The notes beneath the pieces are model-generated. The model was not told the origin of the DNA and did not search any database. It saw nothing but the letters and a program-made list of their open reading frames with translations. A stretch of DNA of 64,000 nt, taken from an uncultured Niastella sp. Lineage in GTDB: Bacteria; Bacteroidota; Bacteroidia; Chitinophagales; Chitinophagaceae. Made by a program: the position numbers and the translations under genes. The stretch lies in contig CBIHPP010000002.1 in assembly GCA_966212235.1 (NCBI GenBank), forward strand, positions 291,499 to 355,498. The letters run 5' to 3'. This document shows, piece by piece, positions 31,028-40,541 of the stretch (within the stretch, counting starts at the first letter, position 1; every line of letters starts with the position of its first letter).

Positions 31028-33586
31028 TTACACTTCTTTGCGCAACACCTCCAATGGTGGTTTGTTCAGTACGCTGCGGCTGTTAAAAAGGCCAATGATC
31101 ACCGTTAATAAAGAAATACAGCCAAATAAAGCAAGAACAGGTAGCCAATGTGGCGTAAATGGCGCATTGAAACTATATTTCGCCAATGCCCAGCTGGCTG
31201 CCAGTGATAACAAAATGCCCGTAGCTGCCGCCAGGGCGCCTAAAAAGAAATATTCGAGCGCCGTAATAAAGAGTATTTGTTTTCGACTGGCGCCCAATGT
31301 GCGCAGCAGGATACTTTCCTGCATACGCTGGAATTTGCTAATGAGCACAGATGCAATAAGTACTATCAATCCGGTAATGATGCTGAACCCGGCCATGAAC
31401 CGGACCACAAAACCGATCTTATCCAGCACTTCATCCAGTACCGTAAGGATCAGGTTGAGGTCAATGACCGATACATTCGGGTATTTTCGTACCACGGCCT
31501 GCTGAAAACGGGCCGATACTTCCGGTGATGGCACGCGGGTTACCAATACATGGAACTGTGGCGCTTCTTCCAGTACACCGGTTGGGAAAACCACCCTGAA
31601 GTTGGTTTGTACCCGTTGCCAGTCAACCTGCCGGAAGCTGCCGACAACCGTAGGGATCAGTGTGCCCTGCACGTTAAAAATAATATGATCCCCAACGTTA
31701 ACATGAATGCGTTTGGCATACCGGTCTTCCATTGAAATATAGATCACATCGTCCGCAGATCTTACCGGCCCGTATAATTTACCGGAGGTTAATTTTTCAG
31801 AACTGGTTAAGGTATCGCGATAGGTAACGCGGAATTCCCATTCATAGGCCTCCGTACGATATCCCGAACCGGAATCCTGTTTTACCTGTGCCGATGTCTG
31901 GTGATTGATCTCTTCTACCCGCATGGTAACAATAGGTACCTGCTGCATCACGGGCAGTTTATATTGTTTGGTAAGCACGGCAACGCTGTCTTTCTGGCTG
32001 TTCTGAATATCGAACAATACCATATTGGGCTGACTGCCGCTGCCCGATAATGTTACCCGGCTGATGAGTATATCCTGAATAAAATACAAGGTGCCGATAA
32101 ATGTGGCGCCCAACCCGATGGTCACAATCAAAATAAGGGTTTGATTGTTGGGCCGGTACAGGTTGGCAAAACCCTGCCGCCACAGGTAATTCCACGAAGC
32201 GGGAAAGAAGCGGCGCACCAGCCATCGCAAAAGCAATGCTACCATCGACAATAGCAAAAATGCAGCGAGAATGCTCCCGGTAAATATGAAGGCCTGCCGC
32301 CAGTTATGGATCTGCCACCAGGTAAAGCCTGCTACGAAAAACAGGATGGTGGCATACACCAGCCATTTAAGCGGATCGCGAAACCGGATCTGTTCAACCG
32401 ATAAACGCAGGGTGAACAGCGGAGAAATATTTCTTACACTTACCAATGGCAACAGCGCGAATAGTAAGGATATTACAACACCCGATATAATACCCTGCGT
32501 GATCGCCTTCCAGGAAATGATGGTAGTTACCTGCACCGGTAAAAAATCTTTGAATACAGCCGGCAATTGCTGTTGAATGACAATGCCCAATGCCGCACCC
32601 AAAACAGAACCTATTAATCCAATGGCAACGATCTGTATTAAATAAATTAAAAATGCCTGCGACGAGTTTACGCCAAGGCAACGCAGAATGGCTATGGACG
32701 CAATTTTTTCACGTATATAAATATGGATAGCGCTGGCTACGCCTATACAACCCAGCAATAGCGCAATAAAACTAATGAGGGTTAAAAACTGGTTGAAGTC
32801 TTCAAAAGCCCGGCCGGTACTTCTTTTTCTTTCCTCCACAGTATCGTAATCCAGGCCCTCTTTTTCTAAACGAGGTTCTATATCCGAAATAATACCATTA
32901 ATGACAGCCGGATGGGTGTATTTATAATAATAGGAAGTAGCAATACGACTGCCTTTTTGTATAAGGCCGGTAGAGTCGAGATATTTAAGAGGAATGTAAA
33001 CAGGCGGCGCCACAGTTGTAGAAAGACCGGTGCGCCCCGGCGCTTTGGTAATAACGCCGGCAATGGCAAACGTAACATCACCTATCATAATGGAATCGCC
33101 TACCTGCGCATTGTATTGCAGCATCAGGGTTTTATCTACCAGTGCCTCCCTGCCTTTACGAAAAGTTCTGGCTGCCCGTACAGGGGTGGTTTCTATGGAA
33201 CCGTAATAGGGATAGTCGCCTTCGAGCGCCCGTACCTGTACCAGCCTGGTGCCATCGTTTTTGGTAAAGTAGATCATGGAGGCGAAGGTGCGTTCAATGG
33301 AACGCTGATCGCCCAGGGAGTCGAGCAGGGGCTTTATACGGGAACTGATTTTTTTATTGCTTTCAATCACCAGGTCGGCGCCTACAAGTGTTTTCGCCTG
33401 CTGATCGATGTCGGTACGCACATTATCACCTAAGGAGAAGATGGCTACCAATGCCGCAATGCCCAGCACAATGGAGGATATAAACAAAAACAAACGCGAC
33501 CGGTTACGGCGGCTGTCGCGCCAGGCCATTTTCAATAACCAGCCAAATCGGAGCCGCCTTTTATATTTGAATCTTTCTAAATCCAT
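31028..33586 (-). CDS. ybbP: YbbP-like ABC transporter permease (duplicated FtsX/MacB domains)
   Basis: MAWRDSRR, LVGADLVIES, GDYPYYG, IAILRCLG, LRTLGASRKQI; two TM clusters. Confidence 0.88.
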   Translation of the reverse strand: MDLERFKYKRRLRFGWLLKMAWRDSRRNRSRLFLFISSIVLGIAALVAIFSLGDNVRTDIDQQAKTLVGADLVIESNKKISSRIKPLLDSLGDQRSIERTFASMIYFTKNDGTRLVQVRALEGDYPYYGSIETTPVRAARTFRKGREALVDKTLMLQYNAQVGDSIMIGDVTFAIAGVITKAPGRTGLSTTVAPPVYIPLKYLDSTGLIQKGSRIATSYYYKYTHPAVINGIISDIEPRLEKEGLDYDTVEERKRSTGRAFEDFNQFLTLISFIALLLGCIGVASAIHIYIREKIASIAILRCLGVNSSQAFLIYLIQIVAIGLIGSVLGAALGIVIQQQLPAVFKDFLPVQVTTIISWKAITQGIISGVVISLLFALLPLVSVRNISPLFTLRLSVEQIRFRDPLKWLVYATILFFVAGFTWWQIHNWRQAFIFTGSILAAFLLLSMVALLLRWLVRRFFPASWNYLWRQGFANLYRPNNQTLILIVTIGLGATFIGTLYFIQDILISRVTLSGSGSQPNMVLFDIQNSQKDSVAVLTKQYKLPVMQQVPIVTMRVEEINHQTSAQVKQDSGSGYRTEAYEWEFRVTYRDTLTSSEKLTSGKLYGPVRSADDVIYISMEDRYAKRIHVNVGDHIIFNVQGTLIPTVVGSFRQVDWQRVQTNFRVVFPTGVLEEAPQFHVLVTRVPSPEVSARFQQAVVRKYPNVSVIDLNLILTVLDEVLDKIGFVVRFMAGFSIITGLIVLIASVLISKFQRMQESILLRTLGASRKQILFITALEYFFLGALAAATGILLSLAASWALAKYSFNAPFTPHWLPVLALFGCISLLTVIIGLFNSRSVLNKPPLEVLRKEV

Positions 33587-33602
33587 CCCGTTTATTATTT
33601 CT

Positions 33603-33689
33603 GATTTTGCGATTTAGCGATTTTGGGATTTCTTTTGTCCGGGATTGTATTCAAATCTCTAAATCCCGAAATCTCAAGATCTCTAAATC
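33603..33689. repeat. 8-bp-phased convergent repeat array (GATTT x4 ... AAATC x5)
   Basis: GATTT at 33603, 33611, 33619, 33627; AAATC/AGATC at 33653, 33661, 33669, 33677, 33685. Confidence 0.85.
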
Positions 33690-33691
33690 AA

Positions 33692-34372
33692 TTAATTCAG
33701 CTCATCCGCCACTATATGTCCACCCTTGAGTTTTATAATGCGTTTTGTTTGAGAGGCCAGTTCCAGGTTATGCGTTACAATAATTAAAGTAGTACCGGCT
33801 TCCTGGTTCAACTCGAATAGCAGCTTGATCACCTTATCGCTGGTTTCAACATCGAGGTTGCCGGTTGGCTCATCGGCAAATAAAATACGGGGGCTATTGG
33901 AAAAGGCGCGGGCAAGCGATACCCGTTGCTGCTCACCGCCCGACAACTGGGCAGGGTAGTGGTGCAGCCGGTTTTGCAGCCCTACTTTATCCAGCAGGTT
34001 GATGGATCTTGCTCGTATATTTTTTTCGCCGCGCAACTCCAGGGGAACCATCACATTCTCCAGGGCCGTGAGGGTAGGCAGCAACTGGAAGTTCTGAAAA
34101 ATAAACCCCACATAGCGGTTGCGTACCTGTGCCCGCTCATCTTCACTCAACTGGTCGAGCCGGATGTTATTCAGTTCAACCGAGCCCTGGCTGGCGCGGT
34201 CAAGCCCGGCGCATAAGCCCAGCAGCGTGGTTTTACCACTGCCCGACGGACCCACAATAGATACCGTAGAACCGGTTTCTACCGTAAAATCCACCTCATT
34301 GAGCACGGTCAGGGTTTGACCAGCACCCTGATATGTTTTACTTACTTTTTTAACATTCAGAATTGTCTCCAT
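33692..34372 (-). CDS. ybbA: YbbA-like ABC transporter ATP-binding protein
   Basis: Walker A GPSGSGKTT; signature LSGGEQQRV; Walker B ILFADEPTGNLD. Confidence 0.92.
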   Translation of the reverse strand: METILNVKKVSKTYQGAGQTLTVLNEVDFTVETGSTVSIVGPSGSGKTTLLGLCAGLDRASQGSVELNNIRLDQLSEDERAQVRNRYVGFIFQNFQLLPTLTALENVMVPLELRGEKNIRARSINLLDKVGLQNRLHHYPAQLSGGEQQRVSLARAFSNSPRILFADEPTGNLDVETSDKVIKLLFELNQEAGTTLIIVTHNLELASQTKRIIKLKGGHIVADELN

Positions 34373-34631
34373 AATTGTCGTAGATAGTGAAGGGCCATGG
34401 TGAAAAATTCCTGTTTCTTCGCTTCCTTAATAATAGTTATGTATACGATCTTTTATTACAGTTGTGTGGTCATAAAGTTGCTTAAATTAATGTTATTTTG
34501 AGTGTAAAGGGTTGAAATCATCACTTACAATGGAAGATCGGTAAAAACAGGAATAGTTCTTTCTTATTAATTTGATAATTCAACAACTAATTTGAACTAA
34601 TAATTGGGGTTTAATATAAAGGAGGTATTGA

Positions 34632-35342
34632 ATGAAACAGTTTAGCAGTAATTTTTATATGGGTGTAAAAAAGGTATTGGCCGGCTTGCTGATAATCGGA
34701 ATGCTGGCTGGTTGCGGGAACAATACAGAAAAAACGAACGATACAACCAAACAAAAGAGAGAGCAGCTGCCATCATCTACGGATAAGTCAAAAGCAAAGA
34801 CAATTGTTTTTTATGGTAATAGTTTGACTGCCGGCTATGGCGTAGACCCCTCGGAAGCTTTTCCTGCCCTGGTGCAGGAAAAAATAGATTCATTGCAGCT
34901 ACCCTACAAGGTGATCAATGCGGGATTAAGCGGAGAAACTACGGCAGGCGGTAAAGGACGCATCGATTGGATACTGCGGCAACCCGTAAACATATTTGTG
35001 CTGGAACTGGGCGGAAATGACGGTCTGCGCGGTATCCCCATTGCCGAAACTTCCCGAAACCTGCAGGCTATTATTAACAGGGTGCGTGAAAAGTATCCTG
35101 ATGCCAGAATAATCCTGGCAGGCATGCAGGTGCCACCCAATATGGGCCGCAACTATGCTTCGGCGTTCCGGGTGGTTTTTCAACAATTAGCAGCCAAAAA
35201 CAATCTGGAACTTATCCCATTCCTGCTAGAAAATGTAGGAGGTGTTTCTTCGTTGAACCAGGGCGATGGCATTCATCCCAATCCAAAAGGACATAAGATC
35301 GTAGCGGAGAATGTTTGGCGGGTATTGCAGGGAATATTGTAG
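34632..35342 (+). CDS. tesA: TesA-like SGNH arylesterase/thioesterase, lipoprotein
   Basis: GNSLTAGYG, NAGLSGETT, ELGGND, DGIHP; lipobox LAGC; divergent from ybbA as in E. coli. Confidence 0.88.
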   Translation: MKQFSSNFYMGVKKVLAGLLIIGMLAGCGNNTEKTNDTTKQKREQLPSSTDKSKAKTIVFYGNSLTAGYGVDPSEAFPALVQEKIDSLQLPYKVINAGLSGETTAGGKGRIDWILRQPVNIFVLELGGNDGLRGIPIAETSRNLQAIINRVREKYPDARIILAGMQVPPNMGRNYASAFRVVFQQLAAKNNLELIPFLLENVGGVSSLNQGDGIHPNPKGHKIVAENVWRVLQGIL

Positions 35343-35399
35343 CTGGAATAGCTGATCGCGATTAAACAGTAAAAAAGCCGTCCCGGCTTTACCCGGAAC

Positions 35400-35888
35400 T
35401 TACACATCCCACAGGCACAGTACCGCATGTTTGTTTCGGTTGATAAAAGGTGTTATTCGCTCTGTATGCAGTTGCCTGGCCTTCATAAACCAGCATTCCG
35501 GTGTTACCTTATTGGCTGTATCAGTGAGGTAAGCCAGTGGAAATAACTTATTACCTGTATGTACCTCAACCACAGCTTGTGGCTTATTGATACGTTGCAG
35601 GGTATGCACCATCAGCTTTTCTGTTACAAAAGTGATGTTCTCATTGGTGGTCACCTGAAAGCCATTTTTAGTATAGCGAAGGTGGGTGATCTTGCTGGCG
35701 TTCAGTTGGGTGACTGTTACCCCTAACCGGTTGAACACGTTATCTACAGATGCTGGTGTAGCCTCCTCATCGTGTATAATAAGCAGCGAAGTGCTGATGG
35801 TTTTGGACGATGCCATTGCCCATGAAGGGGATGCCAGCAGTGCTGGTAGTAATAAACCTGAATTATATAAAAAATCGCGACGTCGCAT
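35400..35888 (-). CDS. Hypothetical protein with Tat-like signal peptide
   Basis: MRRRDFL...PSWAMA; 17 bp after the T9SS cargo stop. Confidence 0.65.
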   Translation of the reverse strand: MRRRDFLYNSGLLLPALLASPSWAMASSKTISTSLLIIHDEEATPASVDNVFNRLGVTVTQLNASKITHLRYTKNGFQVTTNENITFVTEKLMVHTLQRINKPQAVVEVHTGNKLFPLAYLTDTANKVTPECWFMKARQLHTERITPFINRNKHAVLCLWDV

Positions 35889-35905
35889 GGTTGTAGGTTA
35901 ATGTG

Positions 35906-38164
35906 TTATTTTACTAATTTATACGTGTATGCCCGCCCGTTCAATTGTATCCTCAACAGGTAAATACCGGGTACCAGTTTATCAATACCGGTCACGGGAA
36001 TAATGGTTTCTCCTTTCGGTACAGACAGGTACACTGTTTTCAGTGTTTTACCGGTCACATCACTTAGTTGAAGCGTTCCCTGTGCCGCCTCGGGCATTTG
36101 CACGGTTACTTTTACATAACCGGTAAACGGATTGGGCGTTATGCCGATAACCGGTGAATTGGCATCGGTCAGCGATATAGTTACGGTCTTACTGTATTCT
36201 ATAGCACCGTTGGTGCTTACCATTTTTAAGCGATAGTATAATTTTGAAGGGCTCAATTGTGCGGCATTTGCATCAACAAAGTTGTAGTTCCGCAACCCGC
36301 TGCTATTGCTGCCTGCGACGCGCCCGGCAGATGTAAAGTTTTGTCCGGCTATGCTTCTTTCTACTTCAAAATAATCATGGTCGATCTCGCTTTCGGTTTG
36401 CCATTGTAGTAGTACATCGCTATTGGTTAAACGGCCGGTAAAACTGATCAGGTTCAGTGGCAGGGCGAATAAAGCCGTTTGTACAAAAAAACCGCCAAAG
36501 CCGGCAACGGGTATGGTTATTTCCCAGCGGTTGTACGTGCTGTTCCATACAATATCGGGGTCATTGGGGTCAATCACAATTCCGCTCGTTGCATTATAAG
36601 AAATTGGTAACCCGGTGCCATTGCTGCTGGTGCCCGGCAATTTACCCACACGCAAATTGGCTTTACCCAAATTATCATTGGGGCCGGTAGGTAAATCGGG
36701 ATCGCTGACCATGGCTGCATTGAAAGCATCAAATTCGGCCTGGGTAAAGTATAACGTCACGGTACCGGTGGCGGTAGCGGCATTAATGGCCGGTGAAATA
36801 TCATAGTGCCGGGCAACAAAAGGCTTACTGGCTGCTACAGGCACAGCGCTTTCTACCCATACTTTACTGGTAATAGTATCGGTAGCAGCGTTGGCGCCCG
36901 ATGGCACTACCTTAGCTATCAGGGTGCAGGGAGCACTATAGTAAAAGTTGTTTTGGGTATTAACAGTTTGGGTAAGTGAGGCGGCTGAAGTGGGTAAGCC
37001 GGCATTTACGGTGAGCAATGCGCCGGTGCTGTTTACCGGGCCGCACGTATTGCTTACAACGGCCCGGTAATAACGGCCGGTTAAGAGGGTATTGTCAAGA
37101 ATACTTAGTGCAGGTGTGGCTACGCCATTGTACACACTGTTGTTGCCAAGCGTAACGGGCGAAGTAAAAACGGCATCGGTACTTTGCTGCCATTGATAAT
37201 TTAATGTGCCCGTACCGGCGGCAGCTACGGAGTAGGCGGTCGTTAACCCATAACATACGTTCTGTGCTACAGGATTGGTACTCACCGTAACCGGATTATT
37301 CAGGGTAAATGAAGAGTGGCCAGAGGTTGTACCTATGGCAAACGCTGTATTGCTAAGCGTATTATTGGCAGGGGTATTTACTGATGTTATTAACGTGGCT
37401 AAGGCACAGGCGGTGGAGCCGGTACCGTTGTATTTTCCGTTATCGAATTCTCCACTACCTGGGGTAGCTACGGGCAGCGTAGCCTGCGATAATAAAAAGG
37501 CAGTGGCGCCATTGATTAAACCGGGTGGCAAACTGCTTTGATGACCGCCGGCAGGAGAGCTGCCATCCCATTGGGTATAATTAGTTATAGTGGGCTCCAC
37601 GTTAGCATGTATGGCGGTTAAAAACTGGCGGTTAGCATCAAGATAGTTGCCGGCGGGCCCTGCGGAGGAACCTGTTTGATAAGCCAACACCTGGTCGCCG
37701 CCGGAACTTAGCTCCATGTAATTGGTGCCGCTTTCGGTGGAAACGGTGCCGGCAGTACCGGTGCCATTTTCATTTAACCAGGCGACCCAGCTTGTAACCG
37801 GGTCGTTATAGCTGCTGATGAAAAATACTTCGGTCCCAAAAGCAATACCGCCGGCAGGCACGGTCCATTTTATAAAACCTTCCGATAAGCCTGAAATAAA
37901 ATTAGCCGTACTGGCATTCCAGCCATTATCGGTAAAATAGATAACAGTGCCTGCGGCCAATCCACCGTTCTTCAATACCGCTATTGAAAAACGATCGGTA
38001 TAAGCGGTAGCGCCACCCAGGTCAACATGGCTGAGGTCTTTATCGCTTTGATAGCTGGTGATCACTATGTCGCCCGCCGAAAGGTTGTTTTGTGCATAAC
38101 CATGCACGGTAATAACCAGCAAGACAGCGATACAGGAACCCGCAATCCTGAAAAATTGTTGCAT
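35906..38164 (-). CDS. T9SS type A cargo (unknown N-terminal domain, Ig-like domain, CTD-A)
   Basis: Signal peptide; LPLNLISFTG linker; C-terminal ITPNPF...DVTGK...GIYLLRI...KLVK. Confidence 0.9.
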   Translation of the reverse strand: MQQFFRIAGSCIAVLLVITVHGYAQNNLSAGDIVITSYQSDKDLSHVDLGGATAYTDRFSIAVLKNGGLAAGTVIYFTDNGWNASTANFISGLSEGFIKWTVPAGGIAFGTEVFFISSYNDPVTSWVAWLNENGTGTAGTVSTESGTNYMELSSGGDQVLAYQTGSSAGPAGNYLDANRQFLTAIHANVEPTITNYTQWDGSSPAGGHQSSLPPGLINGATAFLLSQATLPVATPGSGEFDNGKYNGTGSTACALATLITSVNTPANNTLSNTAFAIGTTSGHSSFTLNNPVTVSTNPVAQNVCYGLTTAYSVAAAGTGTLNYQWQQSTDAVFTSPVTLGNNSVYNGVATPALSILDNTLLTGRYYRAVVSNTCGPVNSTGALLTVNAGLPTSAASLTQTVNTQNNFYYSAPCTLIAKVVPSGANAATDTITSKVWVESAVPVAASKPFVARHYDISPAINAATATGTVTLYFTQAEFDAFNAAMVSDPDLPTGPNDNLGKANLRVGKLPGTSSNGTGLPISYNATSGIVIDPNDPDIVWNSTYNRWEITIPVAGFGGFFVQTALFALPLNLISFTGRLTNSDVLLQWQTESEIDHDYFEVERSIAGQNFTSAGRVAGSNSSGLRNYNFVDANAAQLSPSKLYYRLKMVSTNGAIEYSKTVTISLTDANSPVIGITPNPFTGYVKVTVQMPEAAQGTLQLSDVTGKTLKTVYLSVPKGETIIPVTGIDKLVPGIYLLRIQLNGRAYTYKLVK

Positions 38165-38252
38165 GTGAATATTTGTTATTTATAATAGGGAAGCCCTATC
38201 GTATCAAAATAGTTGAATGGTTCTTAAGAGGTTATTGGATATAATGAATAGA

Positions 38253-39401
38253 TCAAATGCACAGATATGTATTTCGCCAGCTGGTGATAATGCCGTCTGG
38301 CACCTGTTGCATCATTTCATCAAATACCGCGGTGGTATCGGCTATCACGTCCCTCACCTGTATTTGCAGTTCGCCGGTGGCGCTTACCAGGTAAGCCGGA
38401 CCGGTAACTATATTGCTGTTGTTTATGCGCAGTTGTCCGCGCGGACTTTGCACCGGTTGCTTTTTCAGTTTTTCAATGGCTGCGGGCACAGCGGAGCCGG
38501 TTTGTTTGTGTTGTAAATAATGCAGCATCAGCAAGGCGGTTTCCCATCCCTGTAAGGTGAACAGGTTGGCGGCCTTGTGGTGTGCATTTTTAAAAAGCTG
38601 TATGAAATTGTTGTTGTCCGCATTATCCAGTACGGGTACCCAGGGGGTATAGCCCTGTATGTGTTGTACGTAAGGATGTGTGTCGGTAAAATCGCCTGGC
38701 GTACTATCGAACAACATGGGCGAGCCGAACAACTGCAAATTGTATTGTTTTTGTAAGGGTGCTACCTGTTCATAAAAACACCGGGCCATATCGCCGCTAT
38801 ACAAACAAAGCAAGGTGTTCACTTCCGGGTTGCTTTGTATAAAAGCAGCCAGCGGTTGTATGGTAAACGCCTGTTTTTTATAATGACTGATAAAGTTGAA
38901 TCGTATTGCGCCGCCTGCCGCTTCAAATGCATTGCCCATCGCATGGGCGTGCTGGTAACCACCATCGTAATAAGAAGTGGCGGAAATAGCGCTTTTATTG
39001 GGTGTTGATTGCTGGCATAATTGTCCGGTTAAATAAGCGCACAGGCTGTCATTCAACAAATTGAACAGCGTATGGTCGTTGCCTGAATTTACAGCAGGGT
39101 AGTGTGCGCCTGCATTCACTATGACCAACAATTTACCGGCAGCGGCAAACAGTTTACCCAATGTCTTTGCCAGGTGATCTTCTGCGTATATCACCAATAT
39201 ATCCACATCATGTACCAGCAATAATTTTTCTGCTTCTTTATACAGTTCTTCCTCATTCAACCCAAACCCGGCAATCGCATTGTGAAAGGTAACCTCATTG
39301 GCCTGGTGGTAGGAAAAACAGGTTTTTATCCCTTGCAGGAAATCAATTCCTATGGAGGGGTAGAGTGTTGAACCTGGTAGCAGTAATCCTATAGAGGCCA
39401 T
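38253..39401 (-). CDS. Type I periplasmic-binding-protein fold (LivJ/AmiC-like) lacking a signal peptide
   Basis: Starts at IGLLLPGS (first strand of the fold); LQGWETAL and SPRGQLRI C-terminal motifs. Confidence 0.75.
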   Translation of the reverse strand: MASIGLLLPGSTLYPSIGIDFLQGIKTCFSYHQANEVTFHNAIAGFGLNEEELYKEAEKLLLVHDVDILVIYAEDHLAKTLGKLFAAAGKLLVIVNAGAHYPAVNSGNDHTLFNLLNDSLCAYLTGQLCQQSTPNKSAISATSYYDGGYQHAHAMGNAFEAAGGAIRFNFISHYKKQAFTIQPLAAFIQSNPEVNTLLCLYSGDMARCFYEQVAPLQKQYNLQLFGSPMLFDSTPGDFTDTHPYVQHIQGYTPWVPVLDNADNNNFIQLFKNAHHKAANLFTLQGWETALLMLHYLQHKQTGSAVPAAIEKLKKQPVQSPRGQLRINNSNIVTGPAYLVSATGELQIQVRDVIADTTAVFDEMMQQVPDGIITSWRNTYLCI

Positions 39402-39432
39402 ATGTTGGTGTTAGGTATATTATTTTGATTAC

Positions 39433-39981
39433 TTACTGGCGCGATGGGAAAGCACCTGCCATGGAAATGATCCAGTTAAGTGCCAGCACGGGTTGCATAA
39501 TACCAACCGGTGAATTATTGCCTGAATTGCCAATCGCGAGATTGTGTTGCATGGGAATAGTGCTGCCAGCGTCTTTGGCGCTGTTGTAAGTAGCCGTGCC
39601 TGTTTGCATGGCGGGATACGTATTGTAGGGAGTATCGGTGTTTCCTGCCGTGGTTGTGCCCGGTTGAGTAATTACGCCTGTTATGTTGTGGCTGTGTGCG
39701 GGAAGGTTATTGATAGTGAGTACAGTGGTTTCAGAACCTCCCTGTTGTCCCCAATCATAGAATGATAGATCATTGCCTTGTCCTATGCCTACAGCTACGC
39801 GTCCCTGCAGGTTGGGCAGGGCAAAAGTAGTTCTGCCATCACCGCCATAGGTAGGGCCCAGCAATGCAAATAAAGCGGTGTACTGTCTTATAGGAATTAC
39901 CTGTCCGTTGCAAAATGCCCAGCCTACAGGCGCAAAATCGCCGGCAAATAATCTTATTTCTGCAAGAATTTCATCAGCCAT
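39433..39981 (-). CDS. Phage tail-collar domain protein (microcystin-dependent-protein-like), copy 3
   Basis: EIRLFAGDFAPVGWAFCNGQ, ALFALLGPTYGGDGRTTFALPNLQGR, HSH; start moved to MADEIL. Confidence 0.92.
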   Translation of the reverse strand: MADEILAEIRLFAGDFAPVGWAFCNGQVIPIRQYTALFALLGPTYGGDGRTTFALPNLQGRVAVGIGQGNDLSFYDWGQQGGSETTVLTINNLPAHSHNITGVITQPGTTTAGNTDTPYNTYPAMQTGTATYNSAKDAGSTIPMQHNLAIGNSGNNSPVGIMQPVLALNWIISMAGAFPSRQ

Positions 39982-39992
39982 AAAATGTATTG

Positions 39993-40532
39993 TTAGGTAG
40001 TGGGATAAATGCCCTCCAGGCAAATGATATAATGAACGGCCAGGTAGGGTTGAACATTACTGAATGGCTCGGGCTGGGCGCTACCCGTACTGCCAACCGT
40101 AAGCGAGGGCGTAAAACCTGCCATTTGACTGCCGTCACTTGTAGTAGAATAAATGTTCTGTCCGTTTACAGCCGGGTAATTATTACCGGGTGTAACGCGG
40201 TGGCCGTCTTCGCTTGATACCGGTATGCTGGCGCTGCCTGTTACAAGATGATTATGAAGCGGCAGATTTGATGGAAGGAGCGTAATTGTTTCCTGCCCGT
40301 TTTTTTGTGCCAGCGTAAAAGTTCCAAACACGCTGCTGCCCTGGCCCACTGGTATGCGGCCTTGCAGGTCGGGTACATTAAAATAGGTTTGGCCGTCGCC
40401 ACCATAGGTTTCACCAATGAGGGTATGTAAGGCATCATATTCTGAAATAAGTAATGCCTGGCCATGGCAAAAAGCCCAACCCACGGGCGCAAAGCTACCG
40501 CCGAACATCCTGATCTCTCCGATATATGGCAT
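39993..40532 (-). CDS. Phage tail-collar domain protein, copy 2
   Basis: GEIRMFGGSFAPVGWAFCHGQ, TYGGDGQTYFNVPDLQGR, HNH. Confidence 0.92.
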   Translation of the reverse strand: MPYIGEIRMFGGSFAPVGWAFCHGQALLISEYDALHTLIGETYGGDGQTYFNVPDLQGRIPVGQGSSVFGTFTLAQKNGQETITLLPSNLPLHNHLVTGSASIPVSSEDGHRVTPGNNYPAVNGQNIYSTTSDGSQMAGFTPSLTVGSTGSAQPEPFSNVQPYLAVHYIICLEGIYPTT

Positions 40533-40541
40533 ATTGTATAA

